64,000 nucleotides of DNA from Alphaproteobacteria bacterium (GTDB taxonomy: Bacteria; Pseudomonadota; Alphaproteobacteria; UBA7887): contig CBDCGL010000011.1 in the NCBI GenBank assembly GCA_965216755.1, forward strand, positions 1,696,001 through 1,760,000. The letters run 5' to 3'. Numbering within the stretch: the first letter of the stretch is position 1; every line of letters begins with the position of its first letter. The notes beneath the pieces are model-generated. The model was not told the DNA's origin and made no database searches. It worked only from the letters and a program-made list of their open reading frames with translations. Below, piece after piece: positions 1 through 10,119 of this stretch. A program made the translations under genes and the position numbers.

Positions 1-519
1 TTTACCGGCCATATGGTGCTTCTGACCTTGGCAACGACGCTGGGTTATGGCACGGCGGCGGTCGCGTTGATCCTGATGGACGGTTCCGCGACTAACGCGG
101 GTTGGCGAGCATTTGCGGTCTTGATCGGTAGTTCTGTATTTCTCGGTGCCGTTTTCGTCGCCTGCGGCTATCTGCTCAGCAGTTTCGTCCGTGAGCGCGC
201 AACCGCCGCTGGCCTCGCCGTTGCAGCGTGGTTGGTGCTGGTTCTCGTTTACGACCTGTTTCTGCTTGGTCTCTTGGTCGCCGACCAACAGCATGCCATC
301 GGTGCCGACGTTTTTCCCGTTTTACTTTTGGCCAACCCCGTAGATACATACCGAATTATCAATTTGGCCGGTTTCGAAACTGTCGCCCAATTCTCCGGAT
401 TGACGGGCATCGGTGCCCAGGCTGCGATTAGCGCCCCAACGCTCATCGCAGCGATGGGCGTTTGGGTGGTTTTGCCGCTTTTCGCCAGCATTGCGATATT
501 CGCGCGCAGGGAACTATGA
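1..519 (+). CDS. nosY: NosY, ABC permease of nitrous oxide reductase maturation (5'-truncated by window edge)
   Basis: Multi-TM protein with ERATAAGLAVAAWLVLVLVYD and LLLANPVDTYR motifs; stop overlaps nosL start (ATGA 516-519). Confidence 0.9.
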   Translation, partial: FTGHMVLLTLATTLGYGTAAVALILMDGSATNAGWRAFAVLIGSSVFLGAVFVACGYLLSSFVRERATAAGLAVAAWLVLVLVYDLFLLGLLVADQQHAIGADVFPVLLLANPVDTYRIINLAGFETVAQFSGLTGIGAQAAISAPTLIAAMGVWVVLPLFASIAIFARREL

Positions 520-1055
520 AAGCGATTTTTTCCCGACCGGTGCGTTTCGGCGTTGCCTTGTTGTTCGTGCTCGGCGCATGTGATGAAGCCGAGCTGATTG
601 AAGCGCCGTCGCCCCAAGAGCCGACACGCGAATCGATCGGCTACTACTGCAACATGATTGTGCCCGATCATCCGGGACCAAAGGGCCAGATTTTTGTTGG
701 TTCAGATAAAGAGCCGATTTGGTTCAGCTCGGTACGTGACACGATCGCGTTCATGCGCCTTCCGGAGGAACCGAAGAACATTCAAGGCGTCTATGTCAAC
801 GACATGGGAAAGGCGCAAACCTGGGACCAACCGGAACCCGAAACCTGGATATCTGCACATGACGCATTTTACGTGATTCATAGCAGCCGCCGTGGCGGGA
901 TGGGGGCAAAAGAGGCCGTTCCGTTTGGAACCGAAGCGGCGGCCCTCGCATTTGCCCAGGAACATGGCGGTCGGGTCGAAACGTTGGCGGATGTTCCGGA
1001 TGAGTATATTTTGGCGGCCGAGAACGGGCCGACACATTCGGGTTCTGACCATTGA
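516..1055 (+). CDS. nosL: NosL copper chaperone lipoprotein
   Basis: Lipobox LGAC; YCNM...HPGPKGQ, WFSSVRD, YVNDM, GGMGA..AVPF motifs; ATG at 516 coupled to nosY. Confidence 0.93.
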   Translation: MKAIFSRPVRFGVALLFVLGACDEAELIEAPSPQEPTRESIGYYCNMIVPDHPGPKGQIFVGSDKEPIWFSSVRDTIAFMRLPEEPKNIQGVYVNDMGKAQTWDQPEPETWISAHDAFYVIHSSRRGGMGAKEAVPFGTEAAALAFAQEHGGRVETLADVPDEYILAAENGPTHSGSDH

Positions 1056-1265
1056 CACGGGCGCCTCGGGTTGCCGCGAACTCATAGGTGAACCAAAGAC
1101 TGATAAGGGTGCACGCTTCCCGCCTCCGCCACGTGCCCGCCAGCCATAAGGGCGCAATGGGAAACATCGCCATCCTTGCGCCAACGTTGAGCCAGGGCTT
1201 GGTGCCGGGCTTTGGGTGTATACTGCTAAGTCATCGGGGCCTCAGCGTGTCGGACACCGCTCTAG

Positions 1266-2097
1266 GGCTTGTTGAGAATTAGGATTCCCATGGTGTTGTA
1301 TTTGTGATTCAAGCTTCCTTTTGGGGGCTTTGATGACGCGTACAGTACTTTCAGACGATCAATGGGCCAAGATGGAGCCGCATTGCTTAGGCAAGCGGAC
1401 TGATCCGGGCCGCAGTGGTGATAACAACCGGTTGTTTGTCGAAGGGGTTTTGTGGAAGGCGCGGACGGGCAGTCCTTGGCGCGATCTTCCTGAAGAATTC
1501 GGCAAGTGGAACACGGTATTCAAGCGGTTTGACGATTGGTCGAAGGCGGGCGTTTTCGAACGCCTCTTTGCCGCGGTCTCGGATGACCCTGATATGGAAT
1601 ATGCCATGATCGACGCCACCATTGTTCCGGTCCACCGCCACGGACACGGCGCAAAAGGGGGACTCAAAATCAAGCCATCGGCAAGTCGAAGGGAGGCTGG
1701 ACCACCAAAATCCTTGCGCTGACGGATGGCTTGGGAAATCTCGTACGCTTTGTCCTGCTGGCGGGAAACCGTTACGATACGGTCGGTGTTGCGCCGCTAA
1801 TCGAAGACATCGAATTCGACGCAGTGCTGGCCGATAAAGCATTCGATTCCAACTGGATCATCGAAGAGATGAATGAACGCGGGGCGCAGATCGTCATTTC
1901 GCAACGCCCCCAGAGGTTGGCCCCTCTCAAGATTGATCTGGAGATCTACAAGTGGCGCCACCTGATCGAAAACTTCTTTGCGAAGCTCAAGGAATTCAAA
2001 GCGGTCGCCATGCGTTGCGAAAAGACAGATCGTAACTTTTGTTCCATGATTCACGCATGCGCCGCGGTCATCAATTCTCGATGAATCTCAACAAGCC
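1266..2097 (+). mobile_element. IS5-family insertion sequence (IS427-like group, two-ORF transposase)
   Basis: Terminal IRs GGCTTGTTGAGA (1266-1277) / TCTCAACAAGCC (2086-2097), each flanked by CTAG (1262-1265, 2098-2101); about 830 bp. Confidence 0.93.
1333..2084 (+). CDS. IS5-family transposase, OrfA (to 1722) and OrfB (to 2084) joined by a probable -1 frameshift
   Basis: LSDDQW, RTGSPWRDLP, IDAT, LADKAFD, RHLIENFFAKLK motifs; slippery AAAAGGGGG at 1653-1661. Confidence 0.9.
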
Positions 2098-2191
2098 CTA
2101 GTCAATACGTAACATGGCTGCACGCCGCCTAAGCGGAGGAAGCACCCGCGTCGGCGACGCAAGATGCGGGTCCTCAGAGAAAGACAAGTCG

Positions 2192-2754
2192 GTGGACACG
2201 GAAAAGCTCGGTACGACGCGATTTTTGAACGTGCTTTTTAAGCTCAGCGGTATGGAGATGGAAAGCCGTTTGCGGCGCCGGCTCGCCAATCCCGCAACGA
2301 CCCTGCGGGGCGCCAATCTCAAACCCGGACAAACAGTTTTGAAAGTAGGCTGCGGCACAGGATTTTTCACTCTGCCCGCCGCCGAGATGATCGGCGCGAC
2401 CGGACACCTGATCGCGATGGACCCTCCATCGGACTTTCTCGACAGAGTTAAGGGGAAGGTTCGCCGCGCGGGCCTGACAAATGTCGACGTCGTCAGACGT
2501 GACGCCCTGAAGACGGGGCTGGATCCGGAAAGTGTCGATGTGGCTCTGCTGTTCGGTGTTCTTCCTTTTCCAACTTTGCCGTTGAAACGGTTGCCGCCTG
2601 AAATGCAATAGTCTTGAAATCCGACGGCGGCTTGGCGATGTGGATGTTTCCTGTCTCGGCCGGCGTACCGTCAGCTATCCTTCGCTCCGGCCTGTTCGCC
2701 AATCAGCAAAGAAAGAACGGCGTCTACACTTACGCAAAAGTCGGCCACGCCTGA
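2192..2754 (+). pseudogene. Class I SAM-dependent methyltransferase, frameshifted
   Basis: Motif I reads VLKVGCGTG (K where D/E is usual); frame stops at 2611 after LPPEMQ while the expected VLKSDGGLAMW C-terminus continues in another frame to TGA 2754. Confidence 0.75.
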
Positions 2755-2833
2755 AACGCGTCGCCATAAGTACCAGCGACGCGCTCAGGCGCGGGATTGC
2801 GCGAATCGTCAGAGCGTACTGGAGCAGTGTCCG

Positions 2834-4312
2834 TCAATCCGCAACGGGCAATCCGCTGGGGACAATTTTGGGCACAAGATGGTTCAGGTCCTTTGAGGAC
2901 GGATCGGTCAAACTCACCAGAAATGCGAGAATATCTGAAATCTCGCCGTCGCTGAGATCAACCGGCGTCAGCTCATTCGCTTGCGCGATCTTGCCGCGAA
3001 GGGTTTGACTGCGCATGACGAACGAATCGCGCCGAAGAAACCCCTCGAGCCGCTGTCCTTCCAGGCGATAATTGACCAATTTCGGGCCGTTTGCACGGGT
3101 CTCGACGACATGATGCAACTGCGGTAGCAGGTTATCAGGCACTTGGTAACTGTTCAGCGCGCGCACCGGATCCAAATGGTGTCGCACAACAGCCTCGAGG
3201 GATCCATAGGCGCCCGCGTGACCCCAAGGCCCGGTTAGCGTGACATTTCGCAATGATGGTGTGCGAAACTTGTAATTGTCATCCTTGCGTACAGTAACGC
3301 GTCCGCGACCAAAGTCCTCGAGAAACGCCTTGATACCAGTGTCACGCCAATAATTTGCGTCATGACCATCGGCCTTGCCCGGGCCGATTTGAGGCATCGC
3401 AATAGCATGAAAACTGTGATCGGTTTGAAATTTGCCACTATGGCATACGGCGCATTCGGCCTTGCCATAGAACAGTCGCGCACCACGCCCGGCGGCCGGC
3501 GTGAGACCGGTTCCGGTGCGGAGATACTCGTCAAATGGACTATTGTCGGCGCGGAACGCTGTGGCCTCGAACGCCGCTATGGCGTTTGCCGCCAGGACCA
3601 TGCTGATGTCTTTGGGACCACGGACCTCCTGCGGATAGGCCGCTCGAAATAATTCAACATACTTCGGTATAGCTTTCAGACGTTGCGCGAGCAGCGCCCA
3701 AACGCCGTCCGGCCCGGCAGCGTTGTTCAGCGAGATTGCATCGGCAACAGGGTTCTCGCCTTTGTGGCCGGCCATTTCATCTGGCGACGTCGGCGGAAAC
3801 ATGGCCTGGGCGGCCAAGACGTTGTCGAGGCCACGGGGCAGTTTCCATTTCGCGGGAGTGATAAATCCACTCTCGTAATAGCCATGCTTATCGACCTCTA
3901 CCCGACCGTCATGAAACATACGTTCGAACGCCCGGGCGCCAAGGTTGAACAGCGCAGGCGTGTTACGTGGCACACGACCATGGACACTTTCCACAACACT
4001 GGCACCGGTGCGCCGATCGGGTCCAAGGCCTTTAGGTCCTTCACCGAGCGGCAGCGCGACCGCGTCAGCGCCCGCCAATGCCGGATGGTGGCACGAGCCA
4101 CAAGATATGTTGCGATTGCCGCTGAGTACTTTGTCAAAGAACAATAGCCTGCCAAGCTCGACTTTGGCCTTTGCCGGGGCCCCTTGGTCAAAATAGTCGG
4201 CGTCGGTCACAGGTGCCGGTAGACTAGGCGCGCCTTCGCCTTCGTGTCCGGCGGCGAGGGGCGCGTAGGCACAAACGGTGAATGCCACTGTCAGGTTGAT
4301 CAACGTTCTCAC
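2834..4312 (-). CDS. Secreted di-heme cytochrome c peroxidase/MauG-family protein
   Basis: Signal peptide; LGRLLFFDKVLS, CGSCH, RNTPAL, CAVCH, KFRTPSLRNV motifs. Confidence 0.9.
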   Translation of the reverse strand: MRTLINLTVAFTVCAYAPLAAGHEGEGAPSLPAPVTDADYFDQGAPAKAKVELGRLLFFDKVLSGNRNISCGSCHHPALAGADAVALPLGEGPKGLGPDRRTGASVVESVHGRVPRNTPALFNLGARAFERMFHDGRVEVDKHGYYESGFITPAKWKLPRGLDNVLAAQAMFPPTSPDEMAGHKGENPVADAISLNNAAGPDGVWALLAQRLKAIPKYVELFRAAYPQEVRGPKDISMVLAANAIAAFEATAFRADNSPFDEYLRTGTGLTPAAGRGARLFYGKAECAVCHSGKFQTDHSFHAIAMPQIGPGKADGHDANYWRDTGIKAFLEDFGRGRVTVRKDDNYKFRTPSLRNVTLTGPWGHAGAYGSLEAVVRHHLDPVRALNSYQVPDNLLPQLHHVVETRANGPKLVNYRLEGQRLEGFLRRDSFVMRSQTLRGKIAQANELTPVDLSDGEISDILAFLVSLTDPSSKDLNHLVPKIVPSGLPVAD

Positions 4313-4407
4313 GGTTCTGTTCCCTGCCGGTCCGTAGGTAGATGGAGATACGGCAGCACCCGTCCCCGACAGACCGGGGACGGATGCGATTTGCCCGCTT
4401 GACGTGG

Positions 4408-5184
4408 CTATTCCGACGTCGCCACGACCTCGACACCATCTCGCAGAGGCAATGCGACGAAAAGCGGTATGTGGGCGTCCTTGCCGAAGTGACCAGGGTG
4501 ACCGCCCCAGGTTCTGCCATCGCTATGGTAATTGATAGCGAGCACGGAGGTTGTCCACGTATCGGACATTTGAAGGCAAGGCTGAAAGACGTGCTTGAAT
4601 GCTTTGGTACCATCTGCCGCGGCGGTAAACGCACTCTCGGAACCGTCCCGGGCCCCCAATGGCAGATCCAGTGTACCGGTGAACGGCTCGGGCGGCGGAA
4701 TCGCAATGAACGCGTGCCAGATCGTATAGACGCCGTTCGGAACCAATCCGGAGAACGAAAGATCCAGTGTGCCGGTACCGTCCTTGCAGGCATATGTCCC
4801 GGTGCCCTGATGTCGCAACCACTCGCCAAGAGTAAAGCCCAACGGGACTGCGCCTTGATAAGGGCCAACCGCATCGGCGTCGAAGGGATTGTGATGCTGT
4901 TCCTCGGTCAGCCGGTACAAGGGCGCATTCATGTCGTGGTCACCTTTGGTGACCCTGTAGAACTGGCCCGACCCGAGTCTCCTCTCAATGTAAACGTCTT
5001 GCTCCGGCAAATCCGCCTCTAAATGCGTGATGAACGCCAATTCGACAGTCACGTCTTCCGCGATAGATGCGCTCGGTGTAAGGGCCACAATCGCGGCCGA
5101 CACAGCCAACACAGACGATGAAAAACTCATTAGTGCACGAATTGGTCGAGTCATTGCGTACCTCGTTAGTTTGTTTTGCATCAC
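4408..5184 (-). CDS. Secreted hypothetical protein, His/Trp-containing (start may be downstream)
   Basis: Signal peptide ending SIA-ED, globular-looking sequence, co-oriented directly upstream of the di-heme enzyme. Confidence 0.75.
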   Translation of the reverse strand: MMQNKLTRYAMTRPIRALMSFSSSVLAVSAAIVALTPSASIAEDVTVELAFITHLEADLPEQDVYIERRLGSGQFYRVTKGDHDMNAPLYRLTEEQHHNPFDADAVGPYQGAVPLGFTLGEWLRHQGTGTYACKDGTGTLDLSFSGLVPNGVYTIWHAFIAIPPPEPFTGTLDLPLGARDGSESAFTAAADGTKAFKHVFQPCLQMSDTWTTSVLAINYHSDGRTWGGHPGHFGKDAHIPLFVALPLRDGVEVVATSE

Positions 5185-6165
5185 AATGCGCTCATGAGAT
5201 CATTCGACGAGCAATTAACAAAACCCGACAACGAGCGAAAAACACCAAAAGATCTCATCGGAAGCGCTCCACGTTAGCAATGGCGATCGGAATCGCTTAC
5301 GAATACACCGAAGTGTTTCTTCGTGCGGATAGTTCACGCTATGAGGTTCGTTTTCTATGAACAAGTTCACAGACCCGAAAACAGCCTGCATCCACTGGTC
5401 GCGCGCGTCGTGCTGCACGCGGCCCGACCTTCTTGCACCAGTAACTCCACCCGAAGGAACACGTGCGTGCCGTCAGAGATCACAAACCAATCGTGCGTCG
5501 CGTGATGTCGCTGTTGGTTCGGGCTGTAGCCACGAGCCGACCCTGGAACGCGTGCCGACTAATAACCACTTGTCCAGCGAACAACATTGTTACTCTGGCA
5601 AAATTATCGTGCTCACTAAATTTCATTGTACGTCGCTTGACCCTGAACGTGGAATGCTTGCGCGAACGGGACCCGGGCCTTCGGACGATCGTTGGGGCGG
5701 CGGCAATTTGCCCGAATCTGACCACGTCCAACCGTCTAAAGTCGTCGTTACTCTCGTTGGACAATCCATCGATGCCCAACTCGGTGAATTTGGCGTGGCT
5801 TGAATCACAACCGAGGCAAGATTCACTGACGCGCCAGTCAGGTAATCAACCGGCCTGGCGACCTTGGCCCCAGCGACAGCGCTCGGTCTCGGTTTGGCCA
5901 CGGGCGTCACACATATGACCGAGCGCCATACACGGTCAGGCATCCGTGGCGCTCATCTCCGAGACCGACAAGACAGTCGTTATCCGAAAGCTTTGGCATC
6001 GCCATGCGTAGCCCGGCTCCGCCCCGCGACGCAATCCGCATCGCAGTTGCAGCGGCCTATCTCAGGCGTAAAAACGCGCACGCGCGTCCGGCAACGACTT
6101 TTCCACAATTTTTTTTGCAACCGACTGCGCAGCTGCGAAAAAAGTCTTTACGAGATTGACCGAAC

Positions 6166-6241
6166 TGGCGTCCCCAACGGGATTCGAACCCGTGTTGCCG
6201 GCGTGAAAGGCCGGTGTCCTAGGCCTCTAGACGATGGGGAC
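6166..6241 (-). tRNA. tRNA-Glu (TTC)
   Basis: Reverse complement GTCCCCATCGTCTAGAGGCCTAGGACACCGGCCTTTCACGCCGGCAACACGGGTTCGAATCCCGTTGGGGACGCCA: cloverleaf, TTC anticodon, GTTCGAATC T-loop, CCA end. Confidence 0.97.
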
Positions 6242-6295
6242 GCAGATGCCGACCGGCGGTCCGCGCGCAACCTATAAATCGCCCTGGCGCCACCG

Positions 6296-7111
6296 TCAAC
6301 CGGCCCGACCCGACGGGCTCATCAGAACGTCTTTGGCTTCGTTGATCTTGGCCGCCAGATAGTCGGACCCGCCGCGATCAGGATGATTCTTCTGCATCAG
6401 CTTGCGATGCGCCTCTTTGATCGCCGTTTCGTCAACGCCCTCGTCCAAGCCCAATATCGCCAACGCCTCCTCTCGGCTCATCGCGCTGTGGCCGGCGCGT
6501 TGCGCCCGCGCGTGGCGCTCTTGGCGTTCGAATGAATCACGCCATTCATCGCCGTGGGCCCGATCGAGATACGTCTCAAAGAGCTGCAAAGACCGCGGAT
6601 CTTCAGCTCGCAGCATCTGATGGAACACAAACGCGTCATGTTCGGAAAGGCTGTCCAATGACCGACCGGCGAACGGGCCCCGCAAAACCTCTCCGGACAC
6701 GTCGCCGCTGGCATGGTCCAGATGCATGCGCAGCCATCCGGTCGCAACCTCGGAAGCCGTGCCCGCACCAGCCCCCGCGCCACCTGCCCCACCAGGTGAA
6801 CGATACGGGCCGTATGATGTCCGATGCTGCGCCTGTGCCTGCCGCCACAAACGCCCCAGTTGCCACAAGCCAAACCAGCCGGACAAAGGCACCGCCCGAA
6901 ACACACGCCACGCGATCGCCGCAATGCCCGCCGGTATCGCGGCCAGAGCTGTCTGCCCGCGCACCAACAAGAGCAACGCCAGAATGACTCCAAGGCTGAT
7001 GAGGCTCCAGCGCAATATCTGCGCCAGGGTTGCTGGACTGGTGGCAACAATTGCGCGCACCAAGAGCAACACCAGCCCCAGCAGTGCAACACCGAGCAAA
7101 AGATAGGTCAT
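6296..7111 (-). CDS. Membrane-anchored J-domain protein (Pam18/Tim14-like C-terminal J domain)
   Basis: N-terminal TM helices; [12 protein letters not shown]...[21 protein letters not shown]. Confidence 0.9.
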   Translation of the reverse strand: MTYLLLGVALLGLVLLLVRAIVATSPATLAQILRWSLISLGVILALLLLVRGQTALAAIPAGIAAIAWRVFRAVPLSGWFGLWQLGRLWRQAQAQHRTSYGPYRSPGGAGGAGAGAGTASEVATGWLRMHLDHASGDVSGEVLRGPFAGRSLDSLSEHDAFVFHQMLRAEDPRSLQLFETYLDRAHGDEWRDSFERQERHARAQRAGHSAMSREEALAILGLDEGVDETAIKEAHRKLMQKNHPDRGGSDYLAAKINEAKDVLMSPSGRAG

Positions 7112-7129
7112 GGCCGCGACCGAGCGTGT

Positions 7130-7840
7130 CTAACGCCGAGGGCGGGCGGCGATTTGCAGTACGGTCCGCCCGGCCCGCTTGTGGAAATCCTGCAACGCGC
7201 GATGGCCACCGACTGCGTAGATTGCGACAGCTGCCAGAAGTTCTTTCAAAATCCGCGCACTGGCCATGTTGAATTGGCAATAGGCACCGCCAGAGAGCTG
7301 CGCAATCTGCTTAAAGGCGCGGGCGACGATCACGTCGTTACCTTCCTGGAACACAAACGCCGGCACACCATGCAAGCCCATTTCGCCGGCCCGATGGCAA
7401 ACCGCGTCGATATCCTCTTCAAAGGCGTCGCCGACAAACACCAAAGCGTTGACCTTTTGGCGCTCGGTCTCGCGCACCGCATGTGCCAAGACGCGGCTAA
7501 TCTGGGTGCGCCCACCCAAGCAGCGCACGGCAGTCATTTGCCGTACCATAACTGCGGCATCGTCGGTGAACGGCGTTGCATGCAATTCGCGAAAGCCGCG
7601 ATAATAAACCAACTGAACCAGCAACCGGCCGATTGCCGCCGCCTCGGAGAACATCTCGGCCTGGATATGGCTGGCTGTATCCCAGGTTGGCTCTCGGCTC
7701 GCCGTCGCGTCCATGGCAAAAATCAACCGTCCAACGCCGCTGCCAGCATTGGCACGGGGGCTCTGCCGCACCTTCTCCAGAAAACCGTCGATGTCGGCGT
7801 CCGAGGACCGTGTCGGCAGCTTATCGCGATCGCCTGCCAT
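7130..7840 (-). CDS. VWA-domain protein
   Basis: MIDAS-like LIFAMDATASR, GGRTQI, LVFVGDAFEE. Confidence 0.85.
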   Translation of the reverse strand: MAGDRDKLPTRSSDADIDGFLEKVRQSPRANAGSGVGRLIFAMDATASREPTWDTASHIQAEMFSEAAAIGRLLVQLVYYRGFRELHATPFTDDAAVMVRQMTAVRCLGGRTQISRVLAHAVRETERQKVNALVFVGDAFEEDIDAVCHRAGEMGLHGVPAFVFQEGNDVIVARAFKQIAQLSGGAYCQFNMASARILKELLAAVAIYAVGGHRALQDFHKRAGRTVLQIAARPRR

Positions 7841-7923
7841 CGATGTTAGTTCGCCTCGATCGTGCCTTGCTCGTTACCGGTGTTCACCGCCCAGGAATTG
7901 TCGCGGCGCGCCGCCTCATGTCC

Positions 7924-8811
7924 TTATAGATTGGCGCCGACCGCCGAAGTTCCAAGCGACCGATCGCCATCAAGCGCCGGCGACGACAAAATCGCTTCGA
8001 GCAGGCCGCGCAGTTCAGAGCGCCCGGCAATGTGCGACATGGTCATCTTAACGCCGCTATCGCGCCCGCCCAAATCCAACAATGTGAGTCCCTTGAGGAA
8101 CAATTCGCGAAAAATGACCCGCTCCCCGAAACCTGGCACAATGCGAAATCCGATCCGTTTGCTCAATCGGTCGACCAAATCGGCGATATCACGCATGTTG
8201 CGGCTTTCCAGGCTCGAAAGTCGGTTGCGCATGACAATCCAATCGATTGACCGGCGATCGCGTCGGGCGCGCACTTTCTTCTGCTCCCAAACCATCTCGG
8301 CATAGTGGCTCGGCCCGATGATTGTGCCCGTGTCACCGTCGACAGTGCCAAGAACATCGAAATCGACCAGCGAGTCGTTGATCGGCGTCACCAAAACATC
8401 GGCGTGGGAGTGGCTTAATCGCGACAGAGCGGAATCCGATCCGGGCGTGTCGACAACCACATAGTCATTGCGCAGCGCTAGCCGCTCCAAACCCGCGGCC
8501 AGCGAAGCTTCATCCGCTTCGATAATTCTGTTTTCGCAACCTGTTGGGGGTTCCCACTCGTGCTGTGTCGAATCCGGTCGCACCAGGCAGTGCTCCGGCA
8601 TCACCATGCCCATCGCCCCGCCATCGCGGTAGTTCGCACGGTTTTGCAGGAAGCGGGTCAATGTCCCTTGGCGCGAATCCACGTCGACGCTCCCAACCCG
8701 ATAGCCGAGCCTGAGCAACCCGACCACGACATGAACTGCGACGGTGGATTTACCAGATCCGCCTTTTTCATTGCCGATAATGATAGTCCGACCCGGCGGC
8801 GCAGCGCGCAT
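7924..8811 (-). CDS. mipZ: Division plane positioning ATPase MipZ
   Basis: Deviant Walker A GNEKGGSGKST, DSRQ, DTPG, TPINDSLVDFD, ERVIFRELFLKGLTLLD. Confidence 0.9.
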   Translation of the reverse strand: MRAAPPGRTIIIGNEKGGSGKSTVAVHVVVGLLRLGYRVGSVDVDSRQGTLTRFLQNRANYRDGGAMGMVMPEHCLVRPDSTQHEWEPPTGCENRIIEADEASLAAGLERLALRNDYVVVDTPGSDSALSRLSHSHADVLVTPINDSLVDFDVLGTVDGDTGTIIGPSHYAEMVWEQKKVRARRDRRSIDWIVMRNRLSSLESRNMRDIADLVDRLSKRIGFRIVPGFGERVIFRELFLKGLTLLDLGGRDSGVKMTMSHIAGRSELRGLLEAILSSPALDGDRSLGTSAVGANL

Positions 8812-8949
8812 GGCTTCTCCCGAAATGACCTGAGACGGCTCAAGTGTAACATGCCCCGGGACCCGTCAAAACGACCCGAACGCGTTGCGAGTGGATAGGG
8901 CCTGCGGCATAGTCGCGAAAACGCGTTCAGGTTTTGGACCCGACGAATC

Positions 8950-10119
8950 ATGGCCCAGACGCCCCTGCTGTTTACATCGCTTCCCCTGCGCAACGTAACG
9001 TTGCCAAACCGTGTCGTCATTGCGCCCATGGCTCAATACAGCGCTGACAATGGCAGAGTTACAGATTGGCACTTTGCCCACTATGCGCGGCTCGCGACCG
9101 GCGGTGCCGGCGAGGTGTTTGTCGAGGCAACTGCGGTCGAAGCGCGCGGTCGAACCTCGCACGGCGACCTCGGCATTTGGGATGACGCACATGTGCACGG
9201 TCTACAGCGGATTGCAGACTACATCTCCGCCCAAGGCTCTATTCCCGCAATCCAAATCGCCCATGCTGGTCGCAAGGCAAGCGCGCAGCGCCCCTGGCAT
9301 GGCTTTGGCCCTATAGATCAAAGCGATCTCGCCCGTGACGAGGCGCCGTGGCGCGCCATTGGGCCAAGCGCCGCGCCCGTTGCCGACCACTGGCCTGCCC
9401 CCCACGAACTGTCCATCGCCGAGATTACCGACCTTGTCCAACGTTGGGCCGACGGCGCGCGCCGCGCCTTGACTTCGAATTTTCATATCTTGGAGGTTCA
9501 TGGCGCCCATGGCTATTTGATCCACAGCTTTCTTTCGCCAATTTCCAACATGCGCGGTGACCGTTATGGCGGCGATCGCGAAGGCCGCATGCGCCTTGCT
9601 CTTGAAATTACAGAGGCCGTCCGCGCCGTTTGGCCAGACGATCGGCCCTTGTTTTTCCGCGTTTCGGCCGTCGACGGGCTGAACATGGGATGGTCATTGG
9701 ATGATACGGTCGCGCTTGCGAAACAGCTCAAGAGCCTAGGCATTGACGTCATCGACTGCTCGTCCGGCGGCATCGGCGGTAGTGCCACGGCAGCGCGTAT
9801 TCGCCGCAAGCCCGGCTTCCAGGTGCCGTTCGCTGAGCGAGTACGACGCGACATTGAGATCAAGTCACAGGCTGTGGGCCTGATAACCGACCCTTTTCAG
9901 GCCGAGGAGATACTGCAAACCGGCTGCGCCGATCTGATCGCAATCGCGCGGCAGGCCCTTTATGACCCGTTTTGGCCGCGCCACGCAGCGCACGCGCTGG
10001 GCGTCGACCCCAATTACGAGACTTGGCCGCGGCCCTATGGATGGTGGCTCGAACGGCGTGACCGAACGGCTGTCTATTACGGCGATGAGGCCGAAATCGG
10101 CCATGACGCGGCCGAATGA
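8950..10119 (+). CDS. NADH:flavin oxidoreductase (old yellow enzyme, YqjM/NamA-like)
   Basis: [43 protein letters not shown]. Confidence 0.92.
   Translation: MAQTPLLFTSLPLRNVTLPNRVVIAPMAQYSADNGRVTDWHFAHYARLATGGAGEVFVEATAVEARGRTSHGDLGIWDDAHVHGLQRIADYISAQGSIPAIQIAHAGRKASAQRPWHGFGPIDQSDLARDEAPWRAIGPSAAPVADHWPAPHELSIAEITDLVQRWADGARRALTSNFHILEVHGAHGYLIHSFLSPISNMRGDRYGGDREGRMRLALEITEAVRAVWPDDRPLFFRVSAVDGLNMGWSLDDTVALAKQLKSLGIDVIDCSSGGIGGSATAARIRRKPGFQVPFAERVRRDIEIKSQAVGLITDPFQAEEILQTGCADLIAIARQALYDPFWPRHAAHALGVDPNYETWPRPYGWWLERRDRTAVYYGDEAEIGHDAAE

Noticed and set aside
5864-6277. 137-aa ORF on the + strand
   Set aside because: Runs antisense across tRNA-Glu; no recognizable motifs
6824-7849. 341-aa + strand ORF, and similar long shadows (17372-18268, 39694-40452, 55478-56437, 58865-59899)
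   Set aside because: Antisense to well-supported genes; expected in GC-rich DNA
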